Assembly: GCA_015064385.1 (NCBI GenBank)
Contig: SVSI01000002.1
Span: 65,315-129,314 of the forward strand
Direction: 5' to 3'
Length of the DNA stretch: 64,000 bases
Source: Oscillospiraceae bacterium
GTDB lineage: Bacteria > Bacillota > Clostridia > Oscillospirales > CAG-272
Shown here: in pieces, positions 16,843 through 28,067 of the stretch
Layout of the letters: every line of letters starts with the position of its first letter
Numbering within the stretch: position 1 is the stretch's first letter
Program-made: the position numbers and the translations under genes
The notes under the pieces: generated by a model
What the model was told of the DNA's origin: nothing
Database searches by the model: none
The model's input: only the letters and a program-made list of their open reading frames with translations

Positions 16843-18201
16843 CTAATTCTTAAGACTCTGAAGAGGTGCGGGGATTCGTCCGCCGCGCGAGATAAATTTT
16901 GCGGGGCTCTTCGTATTATTTACCGGCATAACGGGACCGCTTCCGAGAAGTCCGCCAAACTCAAGCTCGTCTCCGACATTCTTTCCGATAGCGGGAATAA
17001 CTCTTACGGCGGTCGTCTTGGAATTGACCATACCGATAGCCGCTTCGTCGGCAATTATGGCAGAAATGACCTCTGCGCTCGTATCTCCGGGGATAACTAT
17101 CATATCAAGTCCGACCGAGCATACTGCGGTCATTGCCTCGAGCTTTTCGATCTTAAGATCACCGCTTCTTGCTGCCGCGATCATACCCGCGTCCTCGGAT
17201 ACGGGAATAAACGCACCGGAAAGTCCGCCAACGTGCGAGGACGCCATTACTCCGCCCTTCTTGACAGCGTCGTTGAGAAGAGCAAGCGCCGCCGTAGTTC
17301 CGTGAGTACCGCAGGTCTCAAGTCCCATTTCCTCAAGGATATGCGCGACCGAGTCGCCTACTGCGGGGGTGGGTGCGAGCGAAAGGTCAACTATTCCGAA
17401 CGGAACGCCGAGCATCTTCGACGCTTCGGTTCCGACGAGCTGACCCATGCGGGTGATCTTGAATGCCGTTTTCTTTATTATATCGGCAACCTGAGTGAGG
17501 TCGCCGTCCGGACATTTTTTGAGCGCCGCGTGTACGACACCGGGGCCCGAAACTCCTACGTTGATAACGCAGTCGGGCTCACCGACTCCGTGAAAAGCTC
17601 CCGCCATAAAGGGATTATCCTCGGGTGCATTACAGAAAACGACGAGCTTCGCGCAGGCAATGGAATCTCTGTCTGCGGTTATCTCTGCCGCTCTGCGAAC
17701 GACCTTACCCATCATTCCGACGGCGTCCATATTTATACCCGATTTCGTAGTTCCGATATTTACGGACGAGCAAACGCGAGTCGTGGTGGCAAGTGCCTCG
17801 GGAATAGACTCGATAAGCGCCTTGTCTCCCGCCGAAAAGCCCTTATGTACGAGAGCGGAGTAACCGCCTATAAAATTAACTCCGACCGCCAGAGCGGCTT
17901 TTTCGAGGGTATGTGCGTACTTTACGGGATCCCCACCGCTTACAGCCACGAGCATAGCAATGGGTGTTACCGAAATACGCTTGTTTATGATCGGTATTCC
18001 GTACTTTGCCTCGATCTCCTCGCCCGTTTTCACGAGATTTCCCGCAAGACGAATTATCTTATCATATATCTTCTCGCAAGACTTGTCGATATCGCTATCA
18101 GCACAGTCGAGAAGAGATATACCCATGGTTATCGTTCTTATATCAAGATTTTCTTCCTGAATCATGGTTATGGTTTCCATGATATCGGTAGTATTCAGCA
18201 T
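16843..18201 (-). CDS. UPF0210 / DUF711 family protein (PFL-like fold)
   Basis: [26 protein letters not shown]...INKRISVTP... is the characteristic UPF0210 N-terminus. It is paired with an upstream ACT-domain UPF0237 gene, as in many Firmicutes. Confidence 0.8.
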   Translation of the reverse strand: MLNTTDIMETITMIQEENLDIRTITMGISLLDCADSDIDKSCEKIYDKIIRLAGNLVKTGEEIEAKYGIPIINKRISVTPIAMLVAVSGGDPVKYAHTLEKAALAVGVNFIGGYSALVHKGFSAGDKALIESIPEALATTTRVCSSVNIGTTKSGINMDAVGMMGKVVRRAAEITADRDSIACAKLVVFCNAPEDNPFMAGAFHGVGEPDCVINVGVSGPGVVHAALKKCPDGDLTQVADIIKKTAFKITRMGQLVGTEASKMLGVPFGIVDLSLAPTPAVGDSVAHILEEMGLETCGTHGTTAALALLNDAVKKGGVMASSHVGGLSGAFIPVSEDAGMIAAARSGDLKIEKLEAMTAVCSVGLDMIVIPGDTSAEVISAIIADEAAIGMVNSKTTAVRVIPAIGKNVGDELEFGGLLGSGPVMPVNNTKSPAKFISRGGRIPAPLQSLKN

Positions 18202-18231
18202 TTTTATTTTCCTTTCACAGGGTCGTTTGAC

Positions 18232-18501
18232 TTATATCTTGTGCATCGAATTAAAGATGTCCTCGTGCATTACACTTATCTTCATTCCGATCTCGTTTCC
18301 GAGGGCGTCCATCTTTTCGCGGAGATTTGCAAAATCACATCCGTATTCGGAAATATCAACGAGCATTATCATAACGAACATATCCTGAAGAACGGACTGC
18401 GTAACGTCCATAATGTTCGCCTTACAGTCAGCACATACTGCGCTGACCTTTGCAAGTATTCCGTAAGTATCCTTGCCTATAACAGAAATTATTGCTTTCA
18501 T
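18232..18501 (-). CDS. ACT-domain protein, UPF0237 family
   Basis: MKAIISVIGKDTYGILAKVSAVCADCKANIMDVTQSVLQDMFVMIMLVD is typical of UPF0237. The start is moved to the conserved MKAII. Confidence 0.75.
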   Translation of the reverse strand: MKAIISVIGKDTYGILAKVSAVCADCKANIMDVTQSVLQDMFVMIMLVDISEYGCDFANLREKMDALGNEIGMKISVMHEDIFNSMHKI

Positions 18502-18532
18502 AATTTTAACCTTCGATCTTATTTTGCTTTTC

Positions 18533-18582
18533 AAAAAGGCAGACCTTCAGCGATATTATCGCAAATCAGGTCTGCCTTTTTT
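18533..18582 (-). terminator. rpoC terminator
   Basis: Arms AAAAAGGCAGACC (18533-18545) and GGTCTGCCTTTTTT (18569-18582) form a 13-bp stem, just downstream of the rpoC stop on the minus strand. Confidence 0.7.
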
Positions 18583-18604
18583 GTTTTAATTCAAGGCGGC
18601 CTTA

Positions 18605-21600
18605 TCAAAGCTCGGTTGCGGCTTCTACCTCAGCTTCTGCCTCGGGCTTTGCCTCAACTACCTCGAGATTGCGGTAGCGATCCATACCGGTTCCGGCAGG
18701 AATCAGCTTACCGATAATAACGTTCTCCTTAAGTCCCTTGAGTCGGTCAACCTTTCCGTTGATAGCCGCCTCGGTAAGAACCTTGGTGGTCTCCTGGAAG
18801 GATGCTGCCGACAGGAAAGAGTCGGTCTGGAGAGATGCCTTCGTGATACCGAGAAGTATGTCATCCTTCTTCGCAAGATTGAGATCTATTTCTCCTGCAT
18901 CGATTCTCTTCTGGAGCATTTCGTTCTGGATCTCAAATTCAATACGGTCAACGAGAGAGCCGGCAAGCATGTCGGTGTCTCCGCCGTCCACGATCTTTAC
19001 CTTTCTCGTCATCTGGCGGGCAATTACCTCGATATGCTTATCGTTGATCTCAACCGACTGGATGCGGTAAACTCTCTGGATCTCCTTGATGATATAATCG
19101 TAAACAGCGTCAAGGCCGTTTATTCTCGTTATATCTGCAGGGCTCATATAACCCTCGGTGAGTGCCTGACCACGGGTAACCGATGCGCCGTCTGCAACGA
19201 CAAGGCGGGTTCCGTTGGGAATGTGATAATCCATCTTAGCTACGACGTTATCGTTATTCTCGATAGACTCGGCAGTAGCGGTAACTGTAACCGTTCTCGC
19301 ATTCTTGCCTTCAACGATGGATACGATACCCGTAACGTCAGATATAACTGCCGTCTTCTTGGGCTTACGTGCCTCAAAGAGCTCCTCAACTCTGGGAAGA
19401 CCCTGAGTAATATCGGCTCCCGCAACACCACCCGAGTGGAAGGTTCTCATGGTAAGCTGTGTACCGGGCTCACCGATAGACTGAGCCGCAACGATACCGA
19501 CCGCTTCACCAACGTTTACCTTCTTGCCGGTAGCAAGGTCTGCACCGTAGCAGTGTGCACAAACGCCGTAACGGCTTCTACACTGAAGAATGGTGCGGAT
19601 ATTTACCTTATCTATACCTGCGCGAGCGATCTTGTCTGCGATCTCAGAGGTGATCATATTATCGTTCTCAATAATAACCTCACCCGTCTTGGGATCAACG
19701 ACATCGCCGATACAGAATCTGCCAACGAGACGGTCCTCGAGCTTCTCTATAACGTCGTTGCCTTCCTTGATCTCGCTTACCCACATACCGTGTGTGGTAT
19801 TACAGTTCTCGTCTCTGATAATAACGTCATGCGAAACGTCAACGAGACGTCTGGTAAGGTATCCCGAGTCAGCAGTACGGAGTGCGGTATCCGAAAGTGA
19901 CTTACGCGCACCGCGGGCTGCCATAAAGTACTCGAGTATATTAAGACCTTCACGGAAGTTTGCCTTGATCGGGATTTCCATGGTACGTCCGGTTGCCGAG
20001 AACATAAGTCCACGCATACCTGCGAGCTGACGCATCTGGGTGATGTTACCGCGGGCTCCCGAGTCGGACATCATCTTAATCGGATTATATCTGTCAAAGC
20101 CATTCTGGATAGCTGCGACAACGTCTGCGGTCGCCTTTTCCCAGATAGCAATGACGAGGTTGTATCTTTCCTCGTCGGTGATCTCACCGCTGAGATAGTA
20201 CTGACGGATCTCTTCAACGTCACGCTCTGCCTGATCGATAATAGTTGCCTTTTCCTTAGGAATAACAACGTCTGCGAGCGAGATGGAGATAGATGCGCGG
20301 GTACTGTACTTGAAGCCCATCGACTTGATGTTATCAAGAACCTTTGCCGCCTCAACGGGGCCGTGGTACTTGATGGTTCTGTCAACAATAGCTCCGAGCT
20401 GCTTCTTTCCGCAGGTGAAGGTTACCTCAAGGTCGAGCGCCTTTGCGGGATCGCTTCTGTCAACGTAACCGAGGTCCTGAGGAATTGCGTTGTTGAATAT
20501 AAGACGTCCGAGGGTTGCATCAACGATGCCGGTGCGAACCTCGCCGTTTATTTCCTTGGTAACACGAACCTTGATAGGTGCGTGGAGACCGAGCTCGCCG
20601 TTCTCGTAAGCCATAAGAGCTTCGTCGAAGTTGCGGAAGAAGTGTCCCTCGCCCTTCTCTCCTGCCTTATCTATGGTAAGGTAGAACGATCCGAGGACCA
20701 TATCCTGCGAAGGAACTGCAACTGCGCGTCCGTCTGCGGGCTTAATGAAGTTGTTTGCGGAGAGCATAAGGAATCTTGCCTCTGCCTGTGCCTCTGCCGA
20801 AAGCGGTACGTGAACAGGCATCTGGTCACCGTCAAAGTCTGCGTTAAACGCCGAGCATACGAGCGGGTGGAGCTTGATAGCTCTTCCCTCTACGAGCACG
20901 GGCTCGAACGCCTGAATGGAAAGACGGTGAAGCGTAGGCGCACGGTTGAGAAGTACGGGATGCTCCTGAATTACGTTGTCAAGTGCGTCCCAAACGTCCT
21001 CGTGAACTCTCTCGACCTTCTTCTTTGCGTCCTTGATATTGGTTGCCTTCTGAGTCTCAACCAGGCGCTTCATAATGAAGGGCTTGAAGAGCTCGAGTGC
21101 CATTTCCTTAGGAAGTCCGCACTGATAGATCTTAAGCTCGGGTCCTACGACGATAACCGAACGTCCCGAATAGTCAACACGCTTACCGAGAAGGTTCTGA
21201 CGGAAGCGTCCCTGCTTACCGCGAAGCATCTCGGAAAGAGATTTGAGCTGACGGTTGGAAGCTCCGGTTACCGGCTTTCCGCGTCTGCCGTTGTCTATGA
21301 GAGCGTCAACCGCTTCCTGAAGCATTCTGCGCTCGTTACGGATAATGATCTCGGGTGCGCGAAGCTCCATAAGTCTCTTAAGACGGTTGTTTCTGTTAAT
21401 TACTCTTCTGTACAGATCGTTGATGTCGGAGGTAGCAAATCTGCCGCCGTCGAGCTGTACCATAGGTCTGATTTCTGCGGGAAGTACGGGGAGAACGTCC
21501 AGTATCATCCACTCGGGCTTGTTGCCGCTCTTTCTGAATGCCTCAACAACCTCGAGACGCTTGACTATTCTCGCCTTCTTCTGTCCCGACGCCTTTTCAA

Positions 21601-22180
21601 GCTCTTCTTTAAGGGATTTCGAAAGTGCCTCGATATCGAGCTCGGCAAGAAGCGTCTTTATCGCTTCTGCGCCCATTCCTGCCTTAAAGTCGTCTTCATA
21701 TCTGTCGTAAGCGTCCTTGTACTCCTTGTCGGTAAGAAGAGACATCTTCTTAAGAGGAGTCGATCCGGGATCGGTTACGATATAACTTGCGTAATAGAGA
21801 ACCTTTTCAAGTACTCTGGGGGAAACATCGAGAAGGAGTCCCATTCTGGAGGGGATCGCCTTGAAGTACCAGATGTGAGATACCGGGCAAGCAAGCTCGA
21901 TATGTCCCATTCTCTCGCGGCGAACCTTTTTAGTGGTTACCTCTACTCCGCACTTTTCACAGATCTTGCCCTTATAACGGACTCTTTTGTACTTTCCGCA
22001 AAGACATTCCCAGTCCTTGGTAGGTCCAAATATTCTTTCGCAGAAAAGTCCGTCGCGCTCTGCCTTGAGAGTGCGGTAGTTTATAGTCTCGGGCTTTTTA
22101 ACCTCGCCGTAAGACCAGCTTCTTATCGTTTCCGGAGACGCCAGCCCTATTTTTATAGAATCAAATACACTTTCTTCCAT
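18605..22180 (-). CDS. rpoC: DNA-directed RNA polymerase subunit beta'
   Basis: 1191 aa. Contains NADFDGDQM (catalytic Mg site), the zinc-binding [23 protein letters not shown], and the trigger loop/bridge helix regions. Confidence 0.98.
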   Translation of the reverse strand: MEESVFDSIKIGLASPETIRSWSYGEVKKPETINYRTLKAERDGLFCERIFGPTKDWECLCGKYKRVRYKGKICEKCGVEVTTKKVRRERMGHIELACPVSHIWYFKAIPSRMGLLLDVSPRVLEKVLYYASYIVTDPGSTPLKKMSLLTDKEYKDAYDRYEDDFKAGMGAEAIKTLLAELDIEALSKSLKEELEKASGQKKARIVKRLEVVEAFRKSGNKPEWMILDVLPVLPAEIRPMVQLDGGRFATSDINDLYRRVINRNNRLKRLMELRAPEIIIRNERRMLQEAVDALIDNGRRGKPVTGASNRQLKSLSEMLRGKQGRFRQNLLGKRVDYSGRSVIVVGPELKIYQCGLPKEMALELFKPFIMKRLVETQKATNIKDAKKKVERVHEDVWDALDNVIQEHPVLLNRAPTLHRLSIQAFEPVLVEGRAIKLHPLVCSAFNADFDGDQMPVHVPLSAEAQAEARFLMLSANNFIKPADGRAVAVPSQDMVLGSFYLTIDKAGEKGEGHFFRNFDEALMAYENGELGLHAPIKVRVTKEINGEVRTGIVDATLGRLIFNNAIPQDLGYVDRSDPAKALDLEVTFTCGKKQLGAIVDRTIKYHGPVEAAKVLDNIKSMGFKYSTRASISISLADVVIPKEKATIIDQAERDVEEIRQYYLSGEITDEERYNLVIAIWEKATADVVAAIQNGFDRYNPIKMMSDSGARGNITQMRQLAGMRGLMFSATGRTMEIPIKANFREGLNILEYFMAARGARKSLSDTALRTADSGYLTRRLVDVSHDVIIRDENCNTTHGMWVSEIKEGNDVIEKLEDRLVGRFCIGDVVDPKTGEVIIENDNMITSEIADKIARAGIDKVNIRTILQCRSRYGVCAHCYGADLATGKKVNVGEAVGIVAAQSIGEPGTQLTMRTFHSGGVAGADITQGLPRVEELFEARKPKKTAVISDVTGIVSIVEGKNARTVTVTATAESIENNDNVVAKMDYHIPNGTRLVVADGASVTRGQALTEGYMSPADITRINGLDAVYDYIIKEIQRVYRIQSVEINDKHIEVIARQMTRKVKIVDGGDTDMLAGSLVDRIEFEIQNEMLQKRIDAGEIDLNLAKKDDILLGITKASLQTDSFLSAASFQETTKVLTEAAINGKVDRLKGLKENVIIGKLIPAGTGMDRYRNLEVVEAKPEAEAEVEAATEL

Positions 22181-22197
22181 TTGCCGTATCTCCTTTC

Positions 22198-25100
22198 TTA
22201 TTCGTCGTCGCCGACGTATTCATCGTCAACGTACACTTCGTCATCAAACTCATCTTCTGCACTGTAATTCTCGTCGGAGAGGTCCTCTTCATAGAAGGAC
22301 TGTGCGAGCTCATCCGTCTCAACGCTCTCACCGAGTGTTTCGGGAGCGATGGTAGGCATCTGAACGTCGTCCTCTTCGCCGAGTTTTGCAAGCTCGATCT
22401 CTTCGCCCTCTGCGTCGTAAACGCGCATATCAAGTCCGAGAGACTGAAGCTCTTTTACGAGCACCTTGAACGACTCTGGAACACCCGGAGTAGGAATGTT
22501 CTGTCCCTTAACGATCGCCTCGTAAGTCTTAACACGTCCTGCAACGTCGTCCGACTTAACGGTGAGTATCTCCTGAAGAGTATATGCTGCACCGTACGCC
22601 TCGAGTGCCCAAACTTCCATTTCTCCGAAACGCTGTCCACCGAACTGAGCTTTACCTCCAAGGGGCTGCTGAGTTACGAGTGAGTAAGGTCCGGTCGAAC
22701 GTGCGTGGATCTTATCGTCAACGAGGTGGTGGAGCTTGAGGTAGTACATTACACCGACAGTTACGGGGTTATCGAAGCGCTCACCGGTACGGCCGTCGTA
22801 AAGGATAGACTTACCGTCAACGACCTTGAGCTTCTTCTCTTCTACCATACTGTCAACCCACGCTCTGTCGCTGAGAAGCTCTGCTGCAACGGGAGTGTAT
22901 TCGGTCTCGCCGGTCTCCTCGTTTACGCTTGCGGTAAAGATCTCTTTACCCTCGACGCTCTCGTTGGGGAGAAGCTCACGGTACATACCTGCCATCTTAA
23001 AGCATTCCATGATGTCCTTCTCGCCTGCGCCGTCAAATACGGGGGTCATTACCTTCCAACCGAGCTTTCTTGCGGCAATACCGAGGTGAACTTCAAGCAC
23101 CTGACCGATATTCATTCGCGAAGGAACGCCCAGCGGGTTAAGAACTATATCAAGCGGCGTGCCGTCTGGAAGGAAAGGCATATCCTCGGGAGGAAGAATT
23201 CTTGAAACGACACCCTTGTTACCGTGACGTCCCGCCATCTTGTCTCCTACGGAGATCTTTCTCTTCTGTGCGACGTAAACGCGCACTACCTTGTTTACTC
23301 CCGGAGGAAGCTCGTCTCCGTTCTCGCGCGAGAACACTTTAACGTCAACGACGATACCCGCTTCACCGTGGGGCAGACGCATCGAGGTATCTCTTACCTC
23401 ACGCGCCTTCTCACCGAAGATCGCACGAAGGAGTCTCTCTTCTGCGGTAAGCTCGGTCTCTCCCTTGGGAGTTACCTTACCTACTATAATGTCGCCCGAC
23501 TTGACCTCGGTACCTATTCTGATTATACCGTCGGCATTCAGGTTCTTGAGAGCGTCCTCACCAACGTTGGGGATCTCTCTGGTGAACTCTTCCTGTCCGA
23601 GCTTGGTGTCTCTTGCTTCGTGAGTATGCTCTTCGATATGGATAGAGGTATAAACGTCCTCTGCAACGAGACGCTCGTTAAGAAGAACTGCGTCCTCGTA
23701 GTTATAACCTTCCCAGGTCATAAATCCGATAAGAGCGTTCTTACCGAGCGAAATTTCGCCGTTGGAGGTTGCGGGACCGTCTGCGATAACGGCACCTGCC
23801 TCTACTCTTTCTCCGCACTCAACGATGGGACGCTGGTTTACACAGGTTCCCTGGTTGGAGCGCTTGAACTTGATAAGGCGGTAAGCATCGCGCTCGTCAT
23901 TATCGTTAAGGATAACGATCTCGTCTGCCGATACCTTTTCAACTACGCCCGCGTTCTTGGCGCATACTACTACGCCCGAGTCAACTGCTGCCTTGTACTC
24001 CATACCTGTTCCGACGATAGGAGAGTCACATACCATAAGCGGCACTGCCTGCTTCTGCATGTTCGATCCCATAAGTGCACGGGAGTTATCGTCGTTCTCA
24101 AGGAAGGGGATCATAGAGGTAGCAACCGAAACGACCATCTTGGGCGAAACGTCCATATAGTCTGCCTGATCGGCTTCAACCTCGAAGATCTCTGCGCGGT
24201 GACGTGCAGTTACCTTCTTGTTGATAAAGCGCTTGTTCTCGTCGAGGGGCTCGTTTGCCTGAGCAACGATGTAGTTGTCCTCCTCGTCTGCTGTCATATA
24301 TCTGATCTCGTCAAGGACTACACCGGTCTCCTTGTCGATCTTTCTGTAAGGTGCCTCGATAAAGCCGTAGTCGTTTATGCGGGCATAAGTAGAAAGGTAG
24401 GAGATAAGACCGATGTTAGGACCTTCAGGAGTCTCAACGGGACACATTCTTCCGTAGTGAGTATAGTGTACGTCACGAACCTCGAAGGATGCTCTGTCAC
24501 GCGAGAGACCGCCGGGACCGAGTGCCGAAAGACGGCGCTTATGAGTAAGCTCCGCAAGAGGGTTGTTCTGATCCATAAACTGCGAAAGCGGTGAGGATCC
24601 GAAGAAATCTCTGAGAGCGGTAACTATCGGACGGATGTTGATAAGAGTTTCGGGAGAAAGCGAATCGCTGTTCTGGTCCATCTTATCCTTTATATTCTTA
24701 TCCATTCTCGAGAAACCGATCTTGAACTGGTTCTGGAGAAGCTCTCCGACAGAACGAAGACGTCTGTTTCCGAGGTGGTCTATATCGTCGATCGATCCGA
24801 TATCGTGGGAAAGACCGAGAATATAGTTAATAGAAGCGAAAATATCGTCCTTGGTAATATGCTTGGGCATAAGATCGAAGATGCGGTCGCGGCAAGCTGC
24901 AGTTACTGCGTCCATATCTCCTTCGCACGCCTCCATGATCTCGAGAAGCACAGAGGTTACGACCTTATCCTTTTCACCGATTCCCGCCTCGGTAAGATCG
25001 TGTCCGAGAATTGCCGCGGGGTAAACGGTTCCGTTGGATATAACGGTGAAGCTGCCTCCTTCATTGTCAACTGCTACCGAGACCTCGTTTACACCTGCAA

Positions 25101-26079
25101 ACTCGATCTGCTCTGCAATAGCACTCGTTACGAAGGTTCCTGCTTCCGCAACGACCTCTCCCATAGGACTGATAGCGTCTGCCGTCAGAGTTCTTCCGAC
25201 GATTCTGGGAGCGATGTTCATTTTTCTGTTGTACTTATATCTTCCGACCGGTGCAAGATCGTATCTCTTGGGGTCAAAGAAGAGGTTGTTTACAAGAGTA
25301 AGTGCGCTCTCAACTGTCGGGGGCTCGCCCGGACGGAGCTTCTTGTATATTTCCTTGAGCGCCTCGTCACCTGCGGTGGTCTTGTTCTTGGAAGCTTCCG
25401 AATTCATTGCATCCTTTTCAAGGGTGTTGAGAAGCTTGGGATCGTTACCGATTACTCTGATAACGTCCTCGTCGTTTCCTTCGCAAAGTGCGCGCACGAG
25501 AACGGTCGCGGGGATCTTACGGTTCTTGTCGATACGAACCATAAGCATATCGTTGGCGTCAAGCTCGTACTCGAGCCATGCGCCGCGGTAAGGGATCACC
25601 GTTGCCGCGAATACTCTTCTTCCCGACTTGTCGATAGAAGTTTCGTAGTACATACCGGGCGAACGGACGATCTGCGAAACGACAACTCGCTCCGCACCGT
25701 TAATAATGAAGGTTCCGTTGTCGGTCATAAGCGGGAAATCTCCCATAAAGATGACCTTTTCAACTACCTCGTCTGTGCTCTTGTTGTAGAGACGTACTCT
25801 TACGCGAAGAGGCGCACAGTAGTTAACGTCTCTCTCCTTGCACTCCTCTTCGGGGTACTTGGGAGTTTCGTCTATCGTGAAATCAACGAACTCGATGTAC
25901 TTATTACCCGAGTAGTCGATTATCGGAGAGACGTCGCGCAGGACTTCCTGAAGTCCTTCTTCCAAAAACCAACGGTACGACTTTTTCTGAACCTCAAGAA
26001 GATTCGGTATCTCGAGTACCTCGTCTATCTTGGAAAAGCTCATTCTGGTAGTCTTACCGAGCTGATGGGGCTTTACCAT
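22198..26079 (-). CDS. rpoB: DNA-directed RNA polymerase subunit beta
   Basis: Canonical RpoB blocks ([59 protein letters not shown]). The start is set at MVKPHQLG (ATG 26079) behind GGAGGA. It has an acidic C-terminal tail. Confidence 0.97.
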   Translation of the reverse strand: MVKPHQLGKTTRMSFSKIDEVLEIPNLLEVQKKSYRWFLEEGLQEVLRDVSPIIDYSGNKYIEFVDFTIDETPKYPEEECKERDVNYCAPLRVRVRLYNKSTDEVVEKVIFMGDFPLMTDNGTFIINGAERVVVSQIVRSPGMYYETSIDKSGRRVFAATVIPYRGAWLEYELDANDMLMVRIDKNRKIPATVLVRALCEGNDEDVIRVIGNDPKLLNTLEKDAMNSEASKNKTTAGDEALKEIYKKLRPGEPPTVESALTLVNNLFFDPKRYDLAPVGRYKYNRKMNIAPRIVGRTLTADAISPMGEVVAEAGTFVTSAIAEQIEFAGVNEVSVAVDNEGGSFTVISNGTVYPAAILGHDLTEAGIGEKDKVVTSVLLEIMEACEGDMDAVTAACRDRIFDLMPKHITKDDIFASINYILGLSHDIGSIDDIDHLGNRRLRSVGELLQNQFKIGFSRMDKNIKDKMDQNSDSLSPETLINIRPIVTALRDFFGSSPLSQFMDQNNPLAELTHKRRLSALGPGGLSRDRASFEVRDVHYTHYGRMCPVETPEGPNIGLISYLSTYARINDYGFIEAPYRKIDKETGVVLDEIRYMTADEEDNYIVAQANEPLDENKRFINKKVTARHRAEIFEVEADQADYMDVSPKMVVSVATSMIPFLENDDNSRALMGSNMQKQAVPLMVCDSPIVGTGMEYKAAVDSGVVVCAKNAGVVEKVSADEIVILNDNDERDAYRLIKFKRSNQGTCVNQRPIVECGERVEAGAVIADGPATSNGEISLGKNALIGFMTWEGYNYEDAVLLNERLVAEDVYTSIHIEEHTHEARDTKLGQEEFTREIPNVGEDALKNLNADGIIRIGTEVKSGDIIVGKVTPKGETELTAEERLLRAIFGEKAREVRDTSMRLPHGEAGIVVDVKVFSRENGDELPPGVNKVVRVYVAQKRKISVGDKMAGRHGNKGVVSRILPPEDMPFLPDGTPLDIVLNPLGVPSRMNIGQVLEVHLGIAARKLGWKVMTPVFDGAGEKDIMECFKMAGMYRELLPNESVEGKEIFTASVNEETGETEYTPVAAELLSDRAWVDSMVEEKKLKVVDGKSILYDGRTGERFDNPVTVGVMYYLKLHHLVDDKIHARSTGPYSLVTQQPLGGKAQFGGQRFGEMEVWALEAYGAAYTLQEILTVKSDDVAGRVKTYEAIVKGQNIPTPGVPESFKVLVKELQSLGLDMRVYDAEGEEIELAKLGEEDDVQMPTIAPETLGESVETDELAQSFYEEDLSDENYSAEDEFDDEVYVDDEYVGDDE

Positions 26080-26386
26080 TTTTCTTCCTCCGTTTCGGCA
26101 AAAATTTGCAAATAAATAGACCATACCCATAATAGACCGAAAAAACCTGTTAACAAATAATTTACAAATTTCTCCAACGCTGTGGCAAGCTGGTTACCGC
26201 CATACAATAACGCTGGGATCTGTAAAAGATCGTAAAGGTCGGTCAAAAACGGGTATGACCCACAAACTCGACTGTATTTTGCCTATTTTTTCTCTGTTTT
26301 CGCACCAAAATCCGAGGTTTTAAGGAACCTCAAAATCGGCGCTTTTTCAAATCGGCGTATTTTTACCGATTTTATTGGACGTTATC

Positions 26387-26415
26387 ATATTAACACAAGT
26401 AATTCCCTTTGTCAA
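26387..26415 (-). promoter_or_regulatory. candidate rpoBC promoter
   Basis: Minus strand reads TTGACA (26415-26410), 17-nt spacer, TGtTAATAT (-10 at 26392-26387). This leaves a leader of about 300 nt before the rpoB ATG. Confidence 0.5.
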
Positions 26416-26420
26416 TACTT

Positions 26421-26470
26421 TTTTTCAAAAAATATGAGTTTTTTTCAAAAAAAGGGTTGATTTTTCAAAA
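26421..26470. repeat. three phased TTTTTCAAAA motifs (20-bp period)
   Basis: The exact 10-mer TTTTTCAAAA occurs at 26421, 26441 and 26461, between the divergent rpoB and rpsT promoters. Confidence 0.8.
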
Positions 26471-26485
26471 GAGTTGTGGTATTAT
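26457..26485 (+). promoter_or_regulatory. rpsT promoter
   Basis: TTGATT (26457-26462), 17-nt spacer, TGgTATTAT (-10 at 26480-26485). Confidence 0.6.
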
Positions 26486-26532
26486 AATTTGGTGATTAAG
26501 AGAAACAGGAAAATTAAAGGGAGGTGAACAGT

Positions 26533-26799
26533 TTGCCTAACATTAAATCTGCAAAGAAACGTGTTATCGTTACCAAGGTAAAGACTCTTCAGAACAAAAT
26601 GTTCAAGTCTGCTTTCAAGACTATGATGAAGAAATACGAAGCTGCTATTGAGGCAGGCGATAAGGAAGGTGCAAGTGCGCTTTACGCAGGCGTGATCAAG
26701 AAGATCGACCAGGCCGCTGCCAAGGGAATCATCCACAAGAACGCTGCTGCAAGAAAGAAGAGCCAGTACACCAATATGCTTAACGGACTTTCCGCTTAA
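26533..26799 (+). CDS. rpsT: 30S ribosomal protein S20
   Basis: (M)PNIKSAKKRVIVTKVKTLQNKMFKSAFKT...IHKNAAARKKS. A TTG start at 26533 lies 8 nt after AAAGGGAGG. The track start at 26524 (GTG) overlaps the RBS. Confidence 0.9.
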   Translation: MPNIKSAKKRVIVTKVKTLQNKMFKSAFKTMMKKYEAAIEAGDKEGASALYAGVIKKIDQAAAKGIIHKNAAARKKSQYTNMLNGLSA

Positions 26800-26815
26800 G
26801 TTTAGTTAAAAGAAA

Positions 26816-26849
26816 AACGGCCCCGATGCAAACGCATCGGGGTTTTTCT
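26816..26849 (+). terminator. rpsT terminator
   Basis: CCCCGATGC-AAAC-GCATCGGGG followed by TTTTT. Confidence 0.8.
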
Positions 26850-26918
26850 TATGTCATTGACAAATCGTTGCTTCTGTGATATACTACGTTTCGTAATTAA
26901 GTAATGCGAGGTACGTTT

Positions 26919-28013
26919 ATGAACAGTCGTAGATTACACGGACTCAGCGTGCTGAGAATAATCAGTATGCTCGGTATAGTCGGTTTGCACGTTTTGAACG
27001 CAGGAGGAGCTTTCGCCAGAGAAAATCTGACGTCCCTGACCGAACTGCCGCTTTCGGTACTATATATTTTTTGCGCCGCTTCGGTAAACACTTTTGCTAT
27101 GTTGACCGGATACCTGTACGCAGATAAGCCGAACGTCAAATACAAAAACATAGTCAGACTGATTTTCACGGTCTTGTTTTACTCTGCGGCGATCACCGCT
27201 CTCTTTGCGGTCTTCCGACGCGAGGTCTTCGATTCGGTAAAAGACGTCATCAAATACCTTTTGCCGCCGCTTGCGGGCAGATTCTGGTACATCACCTGTT
27301 ACGTACTGCTGTTCGTCCTCATTCCCTTTCTGAACAAACTGATCGACAGCTTAAGCTTGCGTAGCTTCAGACTGCTGGTAATCTTGTCCCTGATATTCAC
27401 GTCAGTTCTGCCCACCTTCCTTCTGACCGACTTTTTCGGGCTGAGCAGAGGTTACTGCACGGCATGGCTCATAGTTTGCTATCTCGTAGGCGCATATATC
27501 AAACGCAGTAAGCACGACGTTTCAGTCCGCTTCCTTTTGATGCTGTACGCTCTCTGCGCGGTAGCCGTGACCGTGCTTTCCGTAGCCGCGTGGGTGATCC
27601 TGAGATCTTTTTCGATATATAAGTTCCTGGTTGCTTACGTATCTCCGTTTATCGTACTGATCTCCGGCGTTTCGATACTGCTGTTTGCAAAGCTCGATAT
27701 CAAAAATACCGCCTTGACCAAGGTGATAGACTCCTTGAGCGGCGGCTCGTTTGACGTGTATATCATACACAGCCACATACTGGTTTTTGATTTTATTATA
27801 ACCGGCGGCTTTGCGTTCATAAGAGATATGAGCCCCGTTCTAGCCGTACCTGCCGTGCTGATCTCTATGGTCGCAGTTTATCTTATCTGCTGGGCAATAA
27901 GCTATTTGAAGATACTCATTTTCAAAATTGCGCGAATTGATTTTATGGCGGACAAATTCGGCAACGGCATTGACACCCTGCTCGAAAAGCTCTCGGGCGA
28001 CGGGGATAAATAA
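26919..28013 (+). CDS. acyltransferase-3 family integral membrane protein
   Basis: MNSRRLHGLSVLRIISMLGIVGLHVLN... has about 10 hydrophobic segments. This is the typical acyltransferase_3 (OatA/WecH-like) N-terminal motif. GAGG lies 7 nt before ATG 26919. Confidence 0.7.
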   Translation: MNSRRLHGLSVLRIISMLGIVGLHVLNAGGAFARENLTSLTELPLSVLYIFCAASVNTFAMLTGYLYADKPNVKYKNIVRLIFTVLFYSAAITALFAVFRREVFDSVKDVIKYLLPPLAGRFWYITCYVLLFVLIPFLNKLIDSLSLRSFRLLVILSLIFTSVLPTFLLTDFFGLSRGYCTAWLIVCYLVGAYIKRSKHDVSVRFLLMLYALCAVAVTVLSVAAWVILRSFSIYKFLVAYVSPFIVLISGVSILLFAKLDIKNTALTKVIDSLSGGSFDVYIIHSHILVFDFIITGGFAFIRDMSPVLAVPAVLISMVAVYLICWAISYLKILIFKIARIDFMADKFGNGIDTLLEKLSGDGDK

Positions 28014-28025
28014 GGAAAATAAGGC

Positions 28026-28056
28026 AAAAAAGGTCGCACACCTCTGCGACCTTTTT
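28026..28056. terminator. bidirectional terminator
   Basis: AAAAAGGTCGCA-CACCTC-TGCGACCTTTTT, between convergent genes. Confidence 0.8.
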
Positions 28057-28067
28057 GTCATTTTGCC

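Noticed and set aside
16747-18717. 656-aa ORF on the + strand, the longest unexplained ORF in the track
   Set aside because: It is entirely antisense to the well-supported UPF0210 and ACT-domain genes and to the end of rpoC. The predicted protein is Arg/Ser/Cys-rich with no motif, and it has no RBS. It is a typical shadow ORF of genes rich in C/G-ending codons.
20363-26115. Long + strand ORFs of 634, 456 and 446 aa (and smaller ones) across rpoC and rpoB
   Set aside because: All are antisense shadows of canonical rpoC/rpoB. Their composition is low in complexity and biased (L/V/S/R-rich), and they lack start contexts.
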